From: Anolis carolinensis
Taxonomy: Eukaryota
Assembly (NCBI RefSeq): GCF_035594765.1
Contig: NC_085841.1
Location: forward strand, 323,277,402 to 323,341,401
Direction of reading: 5' to 3'
DNA length: 64,000 bases
Position numbers and translations under genes: made by a program. The notes beneath the pieces are model-generated. The model was given only the letters and a program-made list of their open reading frames with translations, was not told where the DNA came from and did not search any database. The first letter of the stretch is position 1. Each line of letters begins with the position of its first letter. Positions 25,244 to 38,013 of the stretch are shown piece after piece.

Positions 25244-28200
25244 GGTGTTGAGCTCATGGAGATGACGACATGGGGAAGGATGACACCCTGCATAAAGCAA
25301 TACAACTCACATTCCCATTTATTGGGCAAACAGTACTTGTGTAATTACTAGTTACTCAGATCAAAGCTAGTAATTACATGCTGGCCTAAGCTTAGCAATC
25401 ATAGCTGGTAGAGAACCAGCTAGGTTCATCGAAGGAGGTCTGGTAGCTACATCAATCGGTTGCATATCATGGCTGGTTGTCTGAAAGCTGATAGAAAAGT
25501 GCCTTGAGGTTTGCAACACACAACTCATTTATCCATGTTGTAATTACCAAGGGAAACAACCTGACAGGAATATTATCATTGAACAGAAATTATTCTATTT
25601 TAGCATAGAGAGGTTTTTGTTTATACCACTTCTATCTCAAAACCTCCAAAGCAGTTTACCTCATGATTTGTATTTATCCTATTTTAGATTACATTAATGT
25701 TCAGCCATTCTATTAATAGGAAAAACTGCACAATGAATTCCACTTACAGTGCAATCCTATGCATGTCTAATGAGGAAGAAATTTCCTCAAGTTCTTCAGC
25801 CTTTACACTCACATAAATGACAGAATTGTAGCATTGAATAGGTAGCTTCAAACCACAAATACAAAAATGTTTTTTTTTAGTTGAATGCAAGAGCAGCTCA
25901 ATTGTAGCTATCTTCACTCAATTCATATTTAATTGGACTCATGACAGTTCAGAATACTCACATCCAGCTGCATCAGAAAAGATGAACCATTAAAAGTGTG
26001 AACCAAGAAAAACGGAAATGAAGGACAACTGAACCTACATGGTGTTTTGAAGACCAAGGAACGTAGCTGAATGATGGTGCATTTATATAAACACATAATA
26101 CTTGTGAACCACATAAGAACAAAGCAATGGAAACCTACAGGCAACATCTGAGCACTCCCTGGCGAAGCCACATGGTCACACAGCAGGGGAAATATCATTC
26201 CTAGGCACTGCGGCTCACGTAGCTCCTTATTATCTGAGCAACCCTGGAACAAGAGACCTGAAATTGCTGTTTTGTGAAAAAAAATCCTGCTGCTAAGAAG
26301 GTGGCATGTTTGAATTTAAAAAGCATCCAGCACAGCCAGAGGTTGTTCCTGGATCAAAACACTCACACAAGGATGTAAGAATGTAACAGAAGATATTCTT
26401 TTTTTTCACACACAAAAAGTAATGTTCTGTGGTAAACAACAGATTGATATGCCTAAGAAATGATGAGTCGGAAGTTAGTCTAAAGGCAACAAGTACAACG
26501 TCGTAAGATGAGCTGTCTGAACATTTATTTCTTCTCTAAAATAGTACAGAACCGAGATTAATTGTCTATTAATTTTGATTGTAGCCTTTTCCTTGCCTGC
26601 TTATTTGGGAGTCGTCCTCGTTGCATATAACTTGGAATTAAAAACTAGAAGGAACAAAGTAATTGTAATTTGGCGCACACATCCCTTTTGGTAGCAAGGG
26701 CAAAATGAAATTACATTTCAAATGTAATGGCTTTCTGGTGTGATAAGTAACATTTCTAAAGTTATTCCTTAAGGGCATTTTAATGACAACACTGTTCTCA
26801 GTTGAACTTTTCAAGTTTTATACTATCCCCTTATTAGTTCTTATGGTTTCGTGTTGGGAGTTAAGGGCAGAAGCTAACATTAATACATTACTGGGAAGGC
26901 TTTACAACATTTAAGATAATTGTTAAAAAAATAACATTCAAAACTCAGAATGGAGCTTACATCTGAATTAAACATGTTTGGAACAGAGCTGCACAGGTAG
27001 CATTTTACCTGAATGCTTTACTTGCTGTTTTAAAGAAAGGTCATACATGAATTTCCAAGTAATCACTGTTGTATTGGGTTTTTATTTTGTTGACAACAAA
27101 ACATAAAGTGTAAGTTATTTTGAATAGACCAAGTCTGTGGCCATTTTCATGATAGGTAGTTGCGAAGATGACTTCCAGCATAGCTAATAATAAAATCCAG
27201 TGCAGCTGTAACACTAGCAAACTGTAACCACAGTTTTTCAAACAGGGTTCCTTGTAACCCTAGGGTTCTGCAAGAGGTCTTTAGGAAAGCATGATTGGTA
27301 AACATTTCTTTAAAACTGTAGGTATAATAATGTTTGTGAAAAAGGTCCCTGAAATTTGAAAATTGTTTAAAAGGTTCCTCCAGGGCAACAAAGATGAGAA
27401 AGATTAACCTACATTGTTAAAATTATGTATCTATATTATCCATCCCCATGCTACCCAACAAGACTAATAGCAATTTCATATCAGGGGTATATGGATTCAT
27501 GAAATATACAGGAAGGAAAATGTAACTCCTTCTTCTCCCATCTGCAATAATGCGATCTAAATCACACCACTTACTATTTTGATCACCACTTCTACCACAT
27601 TTTCCACATGTACCACATTTTCAGCTATTCCTAGTGATTCATTTCTGTGTACAGTAATGTTCTCTCAATTTATGCATTCATTTATTCAGGGTTGTTGTTG
27701 GTTTTTGTTTTGTTTTCTAATTTCAATATACCCTCGTATTTTCCTCTCCCGGTTTCATTCCCCAAAATACAAGAAGATGGGTTGAACCTGTTGGAATTCA
27801 TCCATCTACATAAGTTTCAAAGATTGCAGAAACACTTTCATTGAAGCATTTCCATGATTGTGGTCCTTTGTGAAACAAACAGCACTAAAATGAGGAGGGG
27901 GGAGACCCTAAAAACAAGAGGGAGGAGCAAGTGAAGGACATAGCTCCAAAGATACCAGTGACATGCAGTGCAAAGCAGAGAGGTTGGTGCATAAAGACAA
28001 CTAGGGAGAAGAACACAGAGGTATTATGGAAATCAGAAATGAGAAGGGAGATATGGCTGAACTGGCAAGCAATAAGTGTGACAAGATGGTTAGAAATTTG
28101 TTATCTATAACTTAAATATCCCACAGGAAGACATAGGTCTCCAAAACTCCTAAAAGAGCAATTAATGAGACCCTAAGCAAGTAGATGGGTGGTGCCAAAG

Positions 28201-28257
28201 TTAAACAAATATTGAATCTCAAAGGAAGGTACAAATTTAGCAGTGTTCAGATCTGAA

Positions 28258-28341
28258 TGTGCTTTGAATGTGATTCTCCTGCTTCTTGGCAGGGGGTTGG
28301 ACTGGATGGCCCATGAAGTCTCTTCCAACTCTGATTCTATG
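28258..28341 (+). mobile_element. CR1 LINE extreme 3' end
   Basis: Matches the 3'UTR and ATTCTATG tail of the CR1 at 33272-33727. Confidence 0.85.
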
Positions 28342-28696
28342 TGTCTAGATCCTGAGTGGGAGAAATCATCTTCATTTTCTTCAGCCAAAGGTTATCCACC
28401 AACAGAGAAACAATCTAACCACAATAGGGAGGAGGCTTCATTTTACATCACATGCTTCCTCTCAAAGATCTAAATATATTGATAGGTTACCTCCATTTCA
28501 TAAATCATGTGCTATTTGTATTATGCTCTTAGGTATGAATTATAATTTAGCACATGTAACAACATTTTATATAAGACAATAAATTTTAGTCATAGAAACC
28601 ATCATCCTTATCCACGGTATTGCTTTCATAATAGGCTCTGTGCTTTAAATGAGCTATCCAAATGCTGAGGTCTCTTTCCAAAATAGTTTCAGGATA

Positions 28697-29019
28697 CAGT
28701 AGTCTCTCACTTATCCAACACTCCCTTATCCAATGTTCTGGATTATCCAAGCCATTTTTGTAGTCAATGTTTTCAATACATTGTGATATTTTGGTGCTAA
28801 ATTCGTAAATACAGTAATTACAGCATAACAGTACTGCGTATTGAACTGCTTTTTCTGTCAAATTTGTTGTATAACATGATGTTTTGGTGCTTAATTTGTA
28901 AAATCATAATCTAATTTGATGTTTAATAGGGTTTTCCTTAATCCCTCCTTATTATCCAACATATTCGCTTATCCAACGTTCTGCCAGCCCGTTTCTGTTG
29001 GATAAGTGAGACTATACTG
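28697..29019. mobile_element. Tc1/mariner MITE (CAGTAGAGTCTCACTTATCCAA family)
   Basis: TIRs and TA flanks; further copies at 29995, 30205, 37692, 46069. Confidence 0.9.
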
Positions 29020-29257
29020 TATTGGATAATTCCCTCAGACTTGGATCAGACTAAAATTCAGAGCAGTTTTACTGTTCCGATGACATTAGAGTCACTCGCC
29101 TCCACTGAATATTTTTCTTCCTATAATGAGGAAATAGATGATTCCTCGCTGCAGCATTAGTTGTTTTCAACTACAGAAATGCCTGTGGAGAGAGGTAAGG
29201 GACCTCTTTTCTGACAAAAAAAAAGCCTGCAGCAAGGCCAAGGGAGGTAGAATGTGT

Positions 29258-29818
29258 TGTCATGAACAACTTGGAAAGTGTGGATGAGAAGATGCTGTTG
29301 GAAAGCTCAGCTAGCACCCAGCAGCTCTCTCAGTCAAGATCTGAAGCAACATCCCTGGAAGGAGCTACTATACAGCCTGCTGAACAAATGCAAGTGAGTT
29401 CCTCTGAGCAGAATGAGGAAGCATTAACTTTTCCAGCTTTCAGGGACCTGCAAAGAGAGGTCTCGGCTGTGCGGGTCATTGAGATTAGCTGAAAAGAGAG
29501 CCAGCAACAGGTAACACCTGTGAATTTAGGATTTAAGGAACTGTAGATTGGTAACTGGTGGCTGACTGCAATGTCAGTTCTAGAAGCTATAACCCTGGAC
29601 TCTTGCTATCTCGTGTTTCCTGAACCCTGGACTTACCTTACCTTGGACCTTGGCTTATGGACTTTGATTCAACTTTGTACTCTGGTAGTCAGCTCATGAC
29701 CCTGGAACGGACATTTGGATTCTCTCTTGTGTTATTCTATTCATGTTTGCGTCTCTGTTGGACTTCAGCTTGATGTTAACGCATGCTTTACTGGTATTTG
29801 GGGGTTGAGGATTTGACA
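29258..29818 (+). mobile_element. Older LTR-like element C with ORF 29262-29492
   Basis: TGTCA...TGACA ends, ATG at LTR position 5, GA-rich coding-like 5' half and TGGAC-repeat-rich 3' half as in the other LTRs; no TSD found. Confidence 0.55.
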
Positions 29819-29994
29819 AGAGAACTTCTATATCTACATGTATATTGGTGGATTTTAACTGAATTTTTAATACTGTCTGTGTTTAGTTCTAATTTAATGT
29901 TTATATATTTGTCTATTTTAAATTGGATACCAATGCTTTTATGTCAAGCCACTTTGAGTCCCCTTTGGGGAGATAAAGCGGGATAATAATAATA

Positions 29995-30664
29995 CAGTAG
30001 AGTCTCACTTATCCAACATAAATGGGCCGGCAGAATGTTGGATAAGTGAATATGTTGGATAATAAGGAGGGATTAAGGAAAGGCCTATTAAACATCAAAT
30101 TAGATTATGATTTTACAAATTAAGCACCAAAACATCATGTTTAACAACAAATTTGACAGAAAAAGTAGTTCAGTATGCAGTAATGCTACATAGTAATTAC
30201 TGTACAGTAGAGTCTCACTTATCCAAGCTAAACGGGCCGGCAGAAGCTTGGATAAGCGAATATCTTGGATAATAAGGATGGATTAAGGAAAAGCCTATTA
30301 AACATCAAATTAGGTTATGATTTTACAAATTAAGCACCAAAACATCATGTTATACAACAAATTTGACAGAAAAAGCAGTTCAATATGCAGTACTGTTATG
30401 CTGTAATTACTGTATTTACGAATTTAGCACCAAAATATCACAATATATTGAAAACATTGACTACAAAAATGGCTTGGATAATCCAGAAACTTGGATAAGC
30501 GAGGCTTGGATAAGTGAGACTCTACTGTATTTACAAATTTAGCACCAAAACATCACCATGTAATTAAAACATTGACTGTAAATACATTGACTACTAAAAA
30601 GCAGATTGCGTTGCATAATCCAGAATGTTGTGTAAGCGAATGTTGGATAAGTGAGACTCTACTG
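29995..30664. mobile_element. Tc1/mariner MITE containing a second copy of the same family (30205-30527)
   Basis: Outer and inner TIR pairs, each flanked by TA. Confidence 0.92.
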
Positions 30665-32386
30665 TAATAATAATAATAATAATATAAGGAGAAAGACATG
30701 GAATACCTTTGGATCTGTATTCTGAAAGTGGGGTTCAGTCTTGGAAAAATAGGCAGTGACTTGCCAATCTGCTATCAAGTCCCACTTGTTTTGGGTTCCA
30801 CATTAAATATCCAGTAGCTTAGTTCACCTACTGAAGATTCAACATAAAGGCAGGAATCATATGAAATTGACACCAGAAAAATCAATAAAATGGGGTGGAC
30901 CCTGTGACCAAGCACTAATGTAAAAGATATAAGCACAAAAATACTGAGGTCATTTCAAGATGGAGCCCTCCTTCCAAATGCAGCTTTTTCATTTCATTAT
31001 CAAAGTTTCCCCCAAAAGGAATAAGATAGAGGGGATAGGAAATACAAGGGGCAAATATTATTGCATGGATATCATGTGTGGCCTCCATAAAATTCAGACC
31101 ATTCGGTAGGGAGATGGCACAGGAAAAGCACCTTATGCACATCTGAAGGTGCACATAAGATGCTATCTAGCAGATACCAAAACTAGAAGAAAAGCTCAGT
31201 GGGTTAATGAAATCTATTAAAGATGAATACCTGTGAAGCTGTACAATAAAATTCTGCATCAAGAATGTCAACAGTCCAATGGGAAGGGAGTCTGAAATTG
31301 TCCTGTCCAAAACTCTTGTCCCCCAATTCCAGTTTTGTTACTAAAATTATCACAACCAGGGCCCGAAGATGAATGCTGATTTGGTACATTTGGACTGTGT
31401 TAAGCTAAAAGTCATGAAGCAAATAGTCTTTACAGAGCACACTAGAGTGGTTTAAAAGATCTTTTTAATTGCTCAGCAGGGGTGCTAACTCAGCAAAAGC
31501 ACTAATTGCTCGATAAATTTGATAAGATGAAGAAATCTAACCATTAGAGAAGCAAAGTTCCGTAAAGTAATAATCTCCCATGAGCAACTGTAAATGTAAA
31601 AGCAGATAAAATGAGGTGTTTACATCTCAGGAAATTATTAGGTGATAAGTCTGCATAGAACTTCTCAAAGCAATTTCTCAGATATACATATATTCTCTGA
31701 TAATTTTCTCCTATGTTTTAAAAACATGCAAGATGAAAGGTTAATGTTTATTACTATACTTAGTCTTTAAATGCTACAGGAAAATGTATTCCAACATCAG
31801 TCACACAATGTAATTCTATGTGTGTTTATTTAAAAGTTCTATTACGTTTACTGAAGCTTACTGACAAGTCAGGATGCATCTACACTATAAAATTAATGTG
31901 GTTCAACACCTCTTTAACTGCGGTGGTTCAGTGCTATGTAATCATGGGAGCTATGAGGCACCAGCATTTCTCAGCAGAGAAGGCTAAAAACCTACTAAAA
32001 CTATAAACTATGATCCTATAGTATTGAGCAGTAGCAGTTCAGGTTCGAACAAATTCTACAGTGTAGATACACCCCAAGTCTACATAGTATGGCTCCATGG
32101 TCTTATTAAGCAATGGATGTAAAGGAGGGTAATGTGTTTTGAATGAATAAAGATTTTAATTTGTGCAATATTATTTCATATTATACAGCTAACATGAAGG
32201 TTATTTTATACACCATATTGTTCATAATTGTGTGCATGAAACCAGTTTGTGTACACTAAACCATCCGAAGGCAAAGGAGTTACTATCTAACCATCAATGT
32301 GGACAATGGACTTGATAGAATGAGCCTTTCCCACATTTGTCCACCTAGGAACTTGGTGCAACACAATCTCAGTTGAGAGTTTAGAG

Positions 32387-32520
32387 CAGTGGTTCTCAAC
32401 CTGGGGTCCCCAAATGTTTTTGGCCTACAACTCCCAGAAATTCCAGCCAGTTTACCAGCTGTTAGGATTTCTGGGAGTTGAAGGCCAAAAACATCTGGGG
32501 ACCCCAGGTTAGAACCACTG
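32387..32520. mobile_element. Short palindromic hAT MITE
   Basis: TIR CAGTGGTTCT; perfect 8-bp TSD GTTTAGAG. Confidence 0.9.
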
Positions 32521-33271
32521 GTTTAGAGTCAGGAGCTGTCATCATCCATAAAGATTCCACCTCCCTCACGAGAAAACATGTCCACCATAGGAACAGTTTT
32601 GAAGATTAGCATTTGGTGCTGGGTGATGGAAGGAAATCCAGGACACTACAGGTTTATTGCCTACCCCACTACCCAGCAATAGCCTTGCATAAACTGGTCA
32701 AGGTAATCTTGGAAGGGGTGTTCGAGCACTATAGGATTAAGATTCATGGGACTTCAATATACTTGCCATGGCTGTCCTCAGCACTCTATAGGTATAATGG
32801 CAGCTACAGATCTGCTTCAATACCTCATTGGCTCAAAAAAAAACTTGGCAGGACATATCTTGGACCTGGTCCTTGCTGCTGAAACAAATGGCGAATGCTC
32901 AAAATCCTTTTGTATTGGTCAGATCATGTCATTGAAAAGGCCTTCATTTCCCTGATTTATGACCTACTCTGGATGGAAGACAGTAGAGTACTACCATGTT
33001 GCTATTCTTAAGTATCTTGGCAGCTTCTTATAACATTGATCATGGTATCTTATGAGACCACCACCACTGGATGGTAGTAGGAAACACTGTGTTACAGTGG
33101 CTCTGCTTTTATCTATGGAACCAATCCCAGGGATTAGCACTAAGGATTTCAGTTCAGCTCATCGCTATTGATCTGTGGGATGGCACAAGGTACAATTGTA
33201 TCTGTTCTGCAGCTCAATCTATATGAGGTCACTGGGAGATCTTAGGTGGGGTTTGACTACTGCTTGTCATC

Positions 33272-33727
33272 AAAGCGTCCAGAGGAGGGCAACTAAAATG
33301 ATCAAAGGTCTGGAGAACAAGCCCTATGAGGAGAGGCTTAAAGAACTGGGCATGTTTAGCCTGCAGAAGAGAAGGCTGAGAGGAGACATGATAGCCATGT
33401 ACAAATACGTGAAGGGAAGTCATAGGGAGGAGGGAGCAAGCTTATTTTCTGCTGCCCTGCAGACTAGGACACGGAACAATGGCTTCAAACTACAGGAAAG
33501 AAGATTCCACCTGAACATCAGGAAGAACTTCCTCACTGTGAGGGCTGTTCGGCAGTGGAACTCTCTCCCCCGGACTGTGGTGGAGGCTCCTTCTTTGGAG
33601 GCTTTTAAACAGAGGCTGGATGGCCATCTGTCGGGGGTGCTATGAATGCGATTTCCTGCTTCTTGGCAGGGGGTTGGACTGGATGGCCCATGAGGTCTCT
33701 TCCAACTCTACTATTCTATGATTCTAT
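33272..33727 (+). mobile_element. CR1 LINE, 5'-truncated (ORF2 C-terminus still open)
   Basis: [39 protein letters not shown]...[13 protein letters not shown] and ATTCTATG tail. Confidence 0.95.
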
Positions 33728-34962
33728 CAAAATCATTTGCAGGTTCTGGACCTGGATTTTGTAATAAACTCATTAAGGGCCATTAAACTGCAGCTGAATC
33801 ACACAAAAATGGAAAATCTTTCCTGGATGGGGTTGCACTTTTGGGTGCAGTCATAGACAGATATCTCAGACTGCTTGAGGCCAGCTCTGATTTGCTAACT
33901 GACCACAGTTGACCTTTGGTGAACTGAAGCCCTATTTACACTGACCATTTGAAGTAGTTTCAAGCTGGTACTGAATAAAGCAGATGATTACATAGGAAAT
34001 CCTGGAGCCACTTTGAGACCCAGATGGTGATGGCACACACCACAGAGCACTGAGGCACATTAAGGATTTCCATCCACACATTTTTGTGGCAGTTTGTTGT
34101 CTATTTGCCTCAGTTTGAAATTAGCTTTGAACTGCATTAAATTGTCAATGTAGATGGGGCCACAGATAACTTACACACAGTAGTCAATGCACCGACAATT
34201 TCTCAATTAAAATACAACAGTACATTTTACATAACCTTCCCCTAGTGCAAAATGAAGCAATAAAACTGCTGAACACAACATCACACAGAAACCAGATGAG
34301 ATCAATTTGTTAAGTACAGTAATTATATTGACTACCAATACGCTTCTGGTTTGAATTCAAGGTCCTACCATTTTAACTACTTGTAGTTTTAATGTTTTTT
34401 TCCTTTTACCTTGTTAAATTATAATATATTTTAACGTTTGCAAATCCCTTTGACTGTTTATATTATTTTTAATTGCCCAATTTCTTTATTGAATGTTGCC
34501 CTGAGATGGACAGCAGGATATATATACTTTGATGAATAATTATGTGAACATGGTGCTAAAGGGCAAGGTGATGTCTGATTCACTGTATTTATTTATTTCA
34601 ATTATTTATACCCCGCCCTTCTCACCCGAGGGGACTCAGGGGGGCTTACAAGTGGCAATTGATTGTATTGGTACTTGCTTCTGATATAAAAATTTTAGCC
34701 AGATAGTAGGGTAGTTATACTGTAGAGTCAGCTCTCTGTGGCTGCATCCTCACTGTAAAATTAATGCAGTTTGTCTGAGGCAAGTGTGAATATTGCAATT
34801 GGCCAGCTTGATTGGCATTTGAATAGCCTTGCAGCTTTGAAGCCTGGCTTTTTCCTGCCTGGGGGAATCCTTTGTTGGGAGGTGTTAGCTGGCCCTGATT
34901 GTTTCTTGTCTGGAATTCCTCTGTCTTCTGAATGTTGTTCTTTATTTACTGACCTGATTTTA

Positions 34963-35203
34963 TTATTTATTTATTTATTTATTTACAGTATTTATATTCC
35001 GCCCTTCTCACTCCGAAGGGGACTCAGGGCGGATCACATTACATATATAGGCAAACATTCAGTGCCTTTTAACATAGAACAAAGACAAGACAAACATAGG
35101 CTCCGAGCGGGCCTCGGACTCATGACCTCCTGGTCAGAGTGGTTCATTGCAGCTGGTTGCAGCTGGCTTGCTCTCCAGCCTTGCTCTCCAGCCTGCGCCA
35201 CAG
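34963..35203 (-). mobile_element. tRNA-head / L2-tail SINE, short variant, nested in Penelope
   Basis: Shares head and tail with 46464-46920; (TAAA)n tail on the minus strand. Confidence 0.8.
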
Positions 35204-35731
35204 AGTTTATATTACATACTGGTAGCCAAATTGTGTTCATTTTCATGGTTTCCTCCTTTCTGTTGAAATTGTCCACATGCTTGTGGATTTTAATGTCTTC
35301 TTTGTGTAGTCTGGCATGGTGGTTGTTAGAGTGGTTCAGCATGTCTGTGTTCTCAACTAATATCCTGTGTCCAGATTGGTTCATCAAGTGCTCTGCTATG
35401 GCTGACTCCTCTGGTTAAGTTAGTCTGCAGTGCCTTTCATGTTCCTTGACCAGTATTTTAAAAAATCAGGACAGTAAATAAAGAACACAACTCAGAAAAC
35501 AGAGGAATTTCAGACATGAATCAATCAGAGATAGCTAACACCTCCCAACAGAGGATTGCATCAGGCAGGAAGAGCCAGGCTTTGAAGCTGCAAGCCTATT
35601 AAATGCTAATCAGGCTGGCCAACTGCAACATTCACACTTGCTTCAAGCAGACAAGAGTTCTTTCTCCCACCCTGGACTTTCCACAGATATATAAACTGCA
35701 CTTGCCTAGTTTCCAACAGACTTCACAATCT

Positions 35732-35766
35732 CTGGGGATGCCTGCCATAGATTAAGGCGAAACGTC
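35732..35766 (+). ncRNA. Minimal hammerhead ribozyme motif of the Penelope pLTR (core mutated)
   Basis: CTGGGGA (consensus CUGAnGA), stem GCCT...AGGC, then GAAAC-GTC. Confidence 0.55.
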
Positions 35767-36029
35767 AGGAAAGAATGCTTCTGGAACATGGCCATACAGC
35801 CCGGAAAAATCACAACAACCCAGACGGTAGGCTGTTAGGAATTGTGGGAGCTGCAGTCCAAAATACCTGCAGAGCACAAGTTTGCCCATGGCTGACTATA
35901 CAGCTCGGAAAATTCACAGCAACCCAAGCCTAATGAAGTTTACTGACCATCAAAAGGCGCAGATGCTAAAACCTCCAAACGGGAGCAATGCTCCAGAAAC
36001 GTTCCACTCTTCCTTTTTTTTCTTTTTTA

Positions 36030-36140
36030 AAAGGCAACGTCACTCGAGCGTCCGCATCCAATAGGTGGGCTCTGAGCAGGGGGCGGGGCTTCTTCCCAGT
36101 GTTCCTTCGTGACGTAAGCGGATGTTGGGGTTTGAATGCC
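36030..36140 (+). promoter_or_regulatory. G2E3: G2E3 proximal promoter (CpG-rich; CRE-like, CCAAT, GC box, CHR)
   Basis: ACGTCA 36037-36042, CCAAT 36058-36062, GGGGCGGGG 36080-36088, TGACGTAA 36110-36117 and TTTGAA (CHR) 36131-36136 lie in the most CpG-dense patch of the window, followed by a GTGAGT donor at 36196. Confidence 0.75.
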
Positions 36141-36195
36141 TCGGCGGTTATTTTGGACCAGGCGGCTGCGGAGCGTGGTTCGAGCGAACGAGTGG
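36137..36195 (+). other. G2E3: Putative first (5'UTR) exon of G2E3; start approximate
   Basis: Directly downstream of the promoter motifs; ends at TGG|GTGAGT (36196-36201). TSS cannot be determined from sequence. Confidence 0.6.
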
Positions 36196-36224
36196 GTGAG
36201 TGAATTAGGCGAGTTCGTGTAAAT

Positions 36225-36393
36225 CAGGCATGGGCAAACTTGGCCCCTCCAGGTGTTTTGAACTTTAACTCCCACAATTCCTAACAGCCTCAGCTTAAGC
36301 GGCTGAGGGAGAAAGGGAAAGGACCTGAGGCTGTTAGGAATTGTGGGAGTTGAAGTCCAAAACACCTGGAGGGCCTAAGTTTGCCCATGCCTG
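36225..36393. mobile_element. Palindromic hAT MITE at the start of G2E3 intron 1
   Basis: TIR CAGGCATGGGCAAACT; perfect 8-bp TSD GTGTAAAT (36217-36224, 36394-36401). Confidence 0.92.
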
Positions 36394-36796
36394 GTGTAAA
36401 TTGACCGAACTGGGCCCAGAGGGAAGCAATAGCCAAAGGGTGGCGGTGTGTGCCTGTGAGGCTTTGTTTCTGTGAGTTCCTTTCCTCACGAAAGGGCCTC
36501 CCCAAAACACTCAGGCGCTTCTCCGTGTGAGAGACTCAGGGTTTGTTGTTTTTCCTGTCAGAGCTTTCTAGAAACGCTCCATGGTCTCCACTGCACTACC
36601 CAGAACCCCCTAGTCTGCGTTGCCCCTGAGTTGTAGTCCAAAAGAGTTAGTTAGTTAGTTAGTTATGTTGAGTTTCTCTCCTTTGGTTCAACTGTGCGCA
36701 AAACCGATCTAGAATGGTGCATCTACATCAGGCATGGGCAAGCTTGGACCCTCCAGGTGTTTTGGACTTCAACTCTCACAATTCCTAACAGCCTAT

Positions 36797-37505
36797 GTCC
36801 TAGTCTCCAGGGAAGCAGAAAATAAGCTTGTTCCCTCCTCCCTATGATTTCGCCTCACATATTTATACATGGACATCATATCTCCTCTCAGCCTTCTCTT
36901 CTGCTAGCTAAACATGCCGTGCCTCATAGGGCTTGTGCTCCAGACACTTGATCATTTTAATCGCCCTCCTCTGGACACTTTCCAGCTTGTCAACATCTCC
37001 TTTCAACTACGGTGCCCAGAGTTGGACACAGTATTCCTGGTGTGATCTGACCAAGGCAGAATAGAGGGGTAGCATGACATCTCTGGATCTAGACACTAAA
37101 CTCTTATTTATGCAGGCCAAAATCCCACGGGCATAACCGCATCACATTGTTAGCTCATGTTTAACTTCTTGTCCACGAGGACTCCCAAGATCTTTTTCAC
37201 ACGTACTCCTGTCAAGTCAGGTGTCCCCCATTCTGTATCTTTGCATTTCATTTTTTCTTCCTAAGTGGAGTATCTTGCATTTGTCCCTGTTGAAGTTCAT
37301 TTTGTTAGTTTTGGCCCATATCTAACCTGTCAAGATGGTTTAGAATTATCCTGTCTTCGGGAATATTAGTCTGGAGTATTAGCAATCCCTCCCAATTTGG
37401 TGTCATCTGCAAACTTGATGAACATGCCTTCTAACCTTTCATCCAAGTTATTAATAAACATGTTGAACAGGACCAGGACAGAACCCTGCGGCACTCCACT
37501 AGTCG
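36797..37505 (-). mobile_element. CR1 LINE ORF2 fragment
   Basis: Reverse-complement homologue of the CR1 at 42790-44440 (GVPQGSVL...[10 protein letters not shown] region onward). Confidence 0.88.
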
Positions 37506-37691
37506 CGTTTTTCCATATATACATTACTACTTGTGATATAGTACAATATATTATATAATACTAAAAGCATAATATACTGGCAGTGTATTATATATGTTGT
37601 GGTATAATAATATAGTACAATATGATAATATATAATAATATTATATATTACATGTAATAATAATAATATTCAGTATAGTGGTATAGTATTA

Positions 37692-38013
37692 CAGTAGAGT
37701 CTCACTTATCCAACACTCGCTTATCCAACGTTCTGGATTATCCAACGCATTTTTGTAGTCAATGTTTTAATACATCGTGATATTTTGGTGCTAAATTCGT
37801 AAATACAGTAATTACTACATAGCATTACTGTGTACTGAACCACTTTTTCTGTCAAATTTGTTGTATAACATGATGTTTTGGTGCTTAATTTGTAAAATCA
37901 TAACCTAATTTGATGCTTAATACCCTTTTCCTTAATCTCTCCTTATTATCCAACATATTCACTTATCCAACATTCTGCCGGCCCGTTTACGTTGGATAAG
38001 CGAGAGACTACTG
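37692..38013. mobile_element. Tc1/mariner MITE
   Basis: Same family as 28697-29019; TA flanks within an AT-rich tract. Confidence 0.9.

Larger units (their letters stand above)
34774..35823. mobile_element. Penelope-like element: minus-strand GIY-YIG end plus pLTR, joined at 35449/35450 to an inverted (plus-strand) pLTR
   Basis: Minus strand KEHERHCRL..PEESAIAEHLMNQSGHRILVENT...IHKHVDNFNRKEETMKMNTIWLPV; 34774-34962 is the reverse complement of about 35460-35645. Confidence 0.88.

Noticed and set aside
33175-33645. 156-aa ORF as a host gene
   Set aside because: It is the CR1 ORF2 C-terminus fused by chance to upstream sequence.
34771-35418. Longest ORF in the track (215 aa)
   Set aside because: It is the antisense reading of Penelope plus a nested SINE; not a plausible protein.
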